Part shown: positions 61,025 to 64,000 of the stretch, in pieces
How positions within the stretch are numbered: position 1 is the first letter of the stretch
How the letters are laid out: the number at the start of each line of letters is the position of its first letter
Source: a bacterium
Lineage (GTDB): Bacteria; Electryoneota; Electryoneia; Electryoneales; Electryoneaceae
DNA: 64,000 bases
Reading direction: 5' to 3'
Assembly (NCBI GenBank): GCA_019912845.1
Contig: JAIOHU010000165.1
Location: 14,039 to 78,038 of the forward strand
Made by a program: the position numbers and the translations under genes
Notes under the pieces: generated by a model
What the model was told of the DNA's origin: nothing
The model's input: the letters and a program-made list of their open reading frames with translations, nothing else
Database searches by the model: none

Positions 61025-64000
61025 TTACTTCATCAAGACAACACTACGTGCGATCTGACGACCATCTGCTTCGAGGCGGTAGAAATACTTGCCGCTTGAA
61101 ACCATCTGTCCACCAAAATCACGTCCATCCCAAACAACACTGTGTTCACCAGCGGATACTCGTCCACTGACCAGTGAAGCGACACGACGTCCGAGGACAT
61201 CAAATACAGTCAGACGAATACTCGCTGAACGGTCAAGATTGAAGCTGATTGTGGTTGCCGGATTGAATGGATTCGGATAAGCTGCTTCCAGACTCCATTG
61301 CAATGGTTGTACATATCTTCTCTCACCAACACTGGTAACATTTTCTTCATTCACACGTTGTGAGTAGATATTGAAGAGTGGATCCTTACCTGTCGCACGT
61401 TCATCTTCCCAAACGCTAACAAATCCAAATTCATCTGGATCTTCATCCCAGACACTCTTAAGTACCACTTGGCGATGGTAAGCATCGCAAAGGAAGGTAC
61501 CATTGTTACCATTGTCAGAGTACATCCCCGGGTTTAGAGCTGGTTCAGCAACATTGCCATCAATGTGATAACGGGTATATCTCAGATCGGAGAAATTCTG
61601 TCCCTGGATATCCTGCCAGGTAACAAAAGCAGAACCATCACTCATAACAACAACACCAGGAGCAGACTGAGACTGCTCTGCGGTACTAATCGCAATTCCG
61701 CCCTCAGGTGCATCCGCATGAACATCACCACTCAAATCATACACTTGTGCATAGATATCAGTGTTGTTACCAACACGTGAGTCTTCCCAGACCATCCAGA
61801 AAAAATCATCTGTCGGCATGTGCATACCGAGGGAGATATTCGTTTCATCAAACTGTGCTGTATAAAGTTCTTTGCCGTCTGCATCCCAGTCAACGGTGCC
61901 ATCTGCATGTACCATCTGACCATAGATATCTTTCAGTGGATGAGTGATACGAGTATCTTCCCAGGCGATGATAATGCCATCGTCAGTTGCCATCGCCTCA
62001 GCATACCACTGATTTCCAACCGCACCACTGATCAGTAATGGCTCATCCCACATGAGTTCACCATCGATGTTTACTCGCATACCATAAAGGTCATACTGAC
62101 CGACATCATTGCTACGTGTAAACACAACGAGGAATGATTCGTCATCAAACGCTGCGACAGCATCGAGGGTTTCATCGTAATTTACATTTGTAATCGTGAT
62201 ACCTGGAATTTCACCGTCAACCCAAATCGGATTGCCGTCGGTATCCACACGTTGCATTGCAATATTTGGATTCCAGTTATCATTAAGCTGCTCAAAGAAG
62301 ACCATCACGCCACCGTTGCCATCGGGCTGAGCTAACGGACGCTTCTGTTCATTATCATCATTTTCAGCAACCAGCAACGCTCTATCACCCCAGAGCATTT
62401 CGCCTGTGGCTGGGTCCAGTTTCTGTACACCAATATTGGACAGATAGAGCAGACGGTTATCTTCCCAAACGATGTATACATATTCATCATCGTGTGTGAA
62501 ACTAACGGAGTCCATTGTAACAGATGTAGTATCTGGGTCACCATTTTCATCAACACCAAAAGGATATCCAGGTGTAACACTGATACCATTTCGTTCCCAC
62601 GCACGAACACCAGATTCGAGATTCATCCTTTGCATGTGAACATGACCACCGAGGAAAGAGTAACGTGAGTCAATCCAACCAACAACCGCATAGTCATTGT
62701 CTGCATCACTGTTATTTACAACTGTCCCAATTCCTGGAACCTTCGCATCCCAGTCAAGTCCAAAGACAACCAGGTTGCCGTCTTCCTGACCAATTGTATT
62801 TCCATCAAAATCAAATATCTGATAGTAAATTCCCTGGCTTCCACGACGTGAGTCTGAGTAAACAACTGAAAGTCTGTCGTCGTTCAACTGACGTACGATA
62901 TTACCTGCCTGCAGTCCTAAACGGTTGGAGACAACGATTCCATCCGTATCCCACAGACGATTACCGTCAGCATCGATTCTCTGAGCATAAAGGTCTGCCG
63001 ATGCATCAAGATTGACACGCTCGTCAACCCATGAGACAAATGCGCCACCATCATGAGTCGGAGTAATACGCGCTTGTGTCTGTGCGTTTGGTGCATCACA
63101 AAGTAGCACACCATCAGCGTCCCAAAGAGTTTCGACGTTTCCATTGTTGTTGGTGATCTTCTGCATATAAAGGTCGCCGTGGAAGGGTTCATCACGACGG
63201 TCTTCCCAGACAAGAATGGCACCATTCTCACCTGAAGTTACGATACGATGGTTTTCCTGTTTTTCCGCGAAATCGTTGATTACCACTCCATCAATATCCC
63301 AACTGAAGTTACCTTCAGCGTCAATGTGCTGACCCCAGATATCACCATTTGCGATATCATTTCTTTTGTCCACCCAGGCGAAAAATGCGCCACCTTCACC
63401 ATCTGGACAGAGTTTTGCTTGTGTCTGATCTTCATCGTTGACACAGAGTGGAACGCCTTCGAGAGTACCACCACCCCAGACTAGCTCACCAGCGTTGTTG
63501 ACGCGCTGAATGTAGAGATCCTGGTCGCCTGTTTCGCGAAGGTCATGGACAGCAGCGATAATACCACCGGCATCATCGGTATCAGCAGTGTATCCCCAAC
63601 CTGCGAGGTTACCCATATCCCAGCCAGCGCGAAACATGGGAATACCACTGGAGTCATTTGCTTCACCTTCATAAGTCCACTGGCGAACACCGTCCGAATT
63701 GGTATGTTGCACAAACATATCAGCTGTTCCGAAACGACCATCGACCCAGATGGAAATCGCACCACCCGCACCATCCGAGAATGACTGTACTGAAATCTGG
63801 TGATTGTAAGCCCGACAGATCATAATTCCGCCGTCACCATAATAATCATCTGTCCACATGATTTCACCGTCAGCGTTCAGCTTCTGGATGAAAACATCAC
63901 CCCAGTCGAGTACATCGACATCGTATCGGTAATCAATCCAGGTTACAATCCATTCACCATTGCCGGCTGGCATGACGTGCGGATCTTCCTGACGTCCATA
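61025..64000 (-). CDS. Large secreted repeat protein (>=15 ~60-aa units) with T9SS C-terminal sorting domain; 5' end lies outside the window
   Basis: The frame stays open to the window edge, upstream of the M at 63973. Recurring motif is D-[IL]-[YF]-x-Q-[RKH]-[IVL]-[DN]-x-x-G-x-x-x-W, for example DLYAQRIDADGNRLWD, DLYIQRVNNAGELVWG and NIAMQRVDTDGNPIWV. The C-terminus is AAYPNPFNPATTISFNLDRSASIRLTVFDVLGRRV...GKYFYRLEADGRQIARSVVLMK. Confidence 0.85.
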   Translation of the reverse strand, partial: YGRQEDPHVMPAGNGEWIVTWIDYRYDVDVLDWGDVFIQKLNADGEIMWTDDYYGDGGIMICRAYNHQISVQSFSDGAGGAISIWVDGRFGTADMFVQHTNSDGVRQWTYEGEANDSSGIPMFRAGWDMGNLAGWGYTADTDDAGGIIAAVHDLRETGDQDLYIQRVNNAGELVWGGGTLEGVPLCVNDEDQTQAKLCPDGEGGAFFAWVDKRNDIANGDIWGQHIDAEGNFSWDIDGVVINDFAEKQENHRIVTSGENGAILVWEDRRDEPFHGDLYMQKITNNNGNVETLWDADGVLLCDAPNAQTQARITPTHDGGAFVSWVDERVNLDASADLYAQRIDADGNRLWDTDGIVVSNRLGLQAGNIVRQLNDDRLSVVYSDSRRGSQGIYYQIFDFDGNTIGQEDGNLVVFGLDWDAKVPGIGTVVNNSDADNDYAVVGWIDSRYSFLGGHVHMQRMNLESGVRAWERNGISVTPGYPFGVDENGDPDTTSVTMDSVSFTHDDEYVYIVWEDNRLLYLSNIGVQKLDPATGEMLWGDRALLVAENDDNEQKRPLAQPDGNGGVMVFFEQLNDNWNPNIAMQRVDTDGNPIWVDGEIPGITITNVNYDETLDAVAAFDDESFLVVFTRSNDVGQYDLYGMRVNIDGELMWDEPLLISGAVGNQWYAEAMATDDGIIIAWEDTRITHPLKDIYGQMVHADGTVDWDADGKELYTAQFDETNISLGMHMPTDDFFWMVWEDSRVGNNTDIYAQVYDLSGDVHADAPEGGIAISTAEQSQSAPGVVVMSDGSAFVTWQDIQGQNFSDLRYTRYHIDGNVAEPALNPGMYSDNGNNGTFLCDAYHRQVVLKSVWDEDPDEFGFVSVWEDERATGKDPLFNIYSQRVNEENVTSVGERRYVQPLQWSLEAAYPNPFNPATTISFNLDRSASIRLTVFDVLGRRVASLVSGRVSAGEHSVVWDGRDFGGQMVSSGKYFYRLEADGRQIARSVVLMK

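Noticed and set aside
1-64000. Search for tRNA, rRNA, tmRNA, RNase P RNA, transposases, reverse transcriptase and cas genes.
   Set aside because: No T-arm-like GGTTCGAATCC-type sequences turned up in intergenic DNA, and there are no rRNA-like stretches. No ORF carries DDE, HUH, RT or Cas hallmarks. A program such as tRNAscan or Infernal could still find something I missed by eye.

Overview
This 64-kb window is mostly housekeeping chromosome. It looks like it comes from an anaerobic or microaerotolerant member of the FCB (Bacteroidota-related) superphylum. Three secreted proteins end in type IX secretion (T9SS) C-terminal sorting domains. Central metabolism is represented by pyruvate:ferredoxin oxidoreductase, succinyl-CoA synthetase and carbamate kinase. 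One same-strand cluster combines cytochrome bd, a flavodiiron protein, three rubredoxin-less rubrerythrin-like proteins and a beta-carbonic anhydrase. I call 41 CDS features, two of which are halves of one frameshift-split T9SS cargo gene, plus one clear pseudogene (a RhuM remnant). I found no rRNA, tRNA, CRISPR array, transposase or reverse transcriptase. The most unusual signal is non-coding. Almost every long intergenic gap is filled with a shuffled mosaic of at least nine families of short hairpin-forming repeats. These include a ~260-nt composite unit present in 2.3 tandem copies (17816-18420) plus a dispersed copy (20444-20645). Several stems show compensatory substitutions, and one family carries UNCG-type loops. 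Other items worth a second look: (1) a sigma-54 promoter match between an NtrC-type two-component pair and a gene pair encoding a secreted Arg/Gly-tailed protein and a beta-barrel-like protein; (2) a CheB-CheR-PAS fusion translationally overlapped with a PAS protein ending in a four-Cys motif; (3) a beta-carbonic anhydrase translationally coupled to the flavodiiron gene; (4) a SpoT-type HD protein with an unknown C-terminal half; (5) a paralogous family of T9SS cargo proteins built from ~60-aa repeats. All calls come from reading the sequence and the ORF translations only. No searches or folding programs were run. Repeat coordinates were located by eye and may be off by a few nt.
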